Shown here piece after piece: positions 62,301 through 64,000 of a DNA stretch of 64,000 nt. The translations under genes were made by a program, and so were the position numbers. Numbering within the stretch: position 1 is the first letter of the stretch; each line of letters begins with the position of its first letter. Source of the stretch: Octopus vulgaris. Taxonomy: Eukaryota. The notes below the pieces were generated by a model. It made no database searches, was not told the origin of the DNA, and was given only the letters and a program-made list of their open reading frames with translations. The stretch covers positions 24,552,001 through 24,616,000 of the forward strand of contig OX597818.1 in NCBI GenBank assembly GCA_951406725.2, read 5' to 3'.

Positions 62301-64000
62301 AGAACTAGACATTAGAGAGAGGTTTAGTGAGAGTTTCTTTTCTCTTGTGATCCTGATCATTGCTTAAATGTCTATTTTCTGCTTTAGTATGGGTTAAACA
62401 AATCTGCAAGGCAGACTTGATGACAATAGTGAGGACAGTGATGCAGTTTCATAAATGGAAATATTTATAAGTTACAAGGTTAAATTGATATTGTAAGAAG
62501 CTCTCAATAGAATAATTTTAATATATTTTGTTTAAATAACGATAATAATCACCACCGTCAATTTCAGTTAATAAAAAAAGAATCAGCAAACAATAGAAAA
62601 GGGAAAATCTATTTTCTTCACAATGCAGATGGAAACAAAGCAAAATTCATGTAGTAAACACTGACACATACCAGAGAGAGAGAGATTTGTTGTATAGAAG
62701 TTTGGTAAAGAGCTGTATGCTAATTAAAATACTGCAACTTTTTTTGCATAATAATGTTAATCAGTGCAGTGCCAATGTAATTAGAGACCTTCTCATCATT
62801 TGTGAGTGGCTAGAAATCATATGAAGGTATAGGTTCAGCCAAGACAGAAAAGGAAAAAAAAAATAAATGGTTCTGAACAGCATGATGACAAATAATTAAG
62901 ATATGTTTTAAATTATTAAACTTTCCCTTATATTTTTGTTCTTTATTCAGGAGTATATGGCAGCTGAAATATTCCAATTTCATGCACCAGAACTAATGAT
63001 GGTTGTAATTATGTCTGAAACTACAAAGTTTTCTTTTATTAGATGTGTTACTTTGATAAGATTAAGGTTTTATGGAAAGATTTTTATATTGCACGAGTAA
63101 ATATCTTTTAATAATATGAATGTATTTGTCAGTGAAGTGAATTGTCAAAAGAAAAGTTTAATGAAAAAACAAACATCATAAATACACTACCACCGTTGTT
63201 CTATTTATCAGAAAATCATTGGAAAACATAAATTATGAGATAATGGACTGGTCCAGACAGCTAGCCACATGTAACATGCTAGATAATATTTCTTAAAACT
63301 GCAATGACTGGATGTGGCAGTATTGAAACATTTACCAGAAGCAACCATTAACAAATAAAGAAGAGAACGATTTATGAACAAAATAATTTACAGAATAAAA
63401 TACAAATACAACAAATCCACTTAATACAGAAACTAAGGTATGAAAAATAAACATTCTTCTGTCAAAATGTACATGAAAATCATTCATATAGTGTCCTCAA
63501 TAGATAAGCAGTAACTTACATTTTCAAACTGAAATACTTAGATTTAAAGACTAGATTCATATGGAAAAAGTATAATTTATATTGCAAATTACATCAAATT
63601 ATGTAATCCATACTTTGCTGATTTGCTAACTTCTTTCAATAAGTCCTAAGGAAATCAAAGTACAGCATTTTGACAGTCTCTACATTACCACCAATCTTCA
63701 CCCAAAGTCACTAAATTAACTTTGAGCCTAATAAAAAGCTGGAAAAAAATGATTTACTTTCAAAACTATGAAAAATTGTAAAAGAACAAGAATAAATCTG
63801 ATTAACTCTGTAGAGAATCTCCCTTCTCTACACTAAAATCCACTGATTTCGATTAAACATTGTTCCCATTCATCAACTCCTATTATTGCACAAAGACAAG
63901 TCTTATTTGTCCAGGATGCATGATGTATTCTAATTTCTTGCTCAAAAGTGGTGTCTGCACTTACAGGGAATCCGCTCTTCCATCTGGACATATACAAAGA

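Noticed and set aside
57200-64000. Upstream PCSK7 exons or promoter, or a second gene
   Set aside because: AT-rich sequence with only short ORFs and weak repeat remnants; isolated splice-like motifs cannot be supported.

Overview
AT-rich, microsatellite- and transposon-dense eukaryotic (metazoan) DNA. The SINE/LINE repertoire suggests an octopod cephalopod, but that is an inference. One host gene can be fully reconstructed by eye on the minus strand: a PC7/PCSK7-type proprotein convertase with 16 coding exons from 52178 to 10689. All its introns are GT-AG, the phases are consistent, and the 2418-nt CDS encodes 805 aa with signal peptide, RKRHKR prodomain cleavage site, D/H/N/S catalytic residues, P domain, TM segment and acidic cytosolic tail. 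Introns and flanks hold decayed mobile elements: RTE LINEs, a CR1/L2-type and an L1/Tx1-type LINE fragment, two Penelope-like elements with hammerhead-ribozyme-like motifs, Tc1, two mariners, a hAT, GG-terminated MITEs (one a ~790-bp palindromic dimer), LTR remnants and several tRNA-derived SINE families. The most notable unexplained structures are a tRNA-like Pol III promoter coupled to a hammerhead motif in a Penelope tail, tandem hairpin+pseudoknot modules in RTE 3' UTRs, a co-oriented retroposon stack on (AAT)n tracts, SINE/LINE shared tails and several long intronic inverted repeats. No prokaryotic-type system or CRISPR array is present. Repeat boundaries are approximate unless a TSD/TIR is cited.
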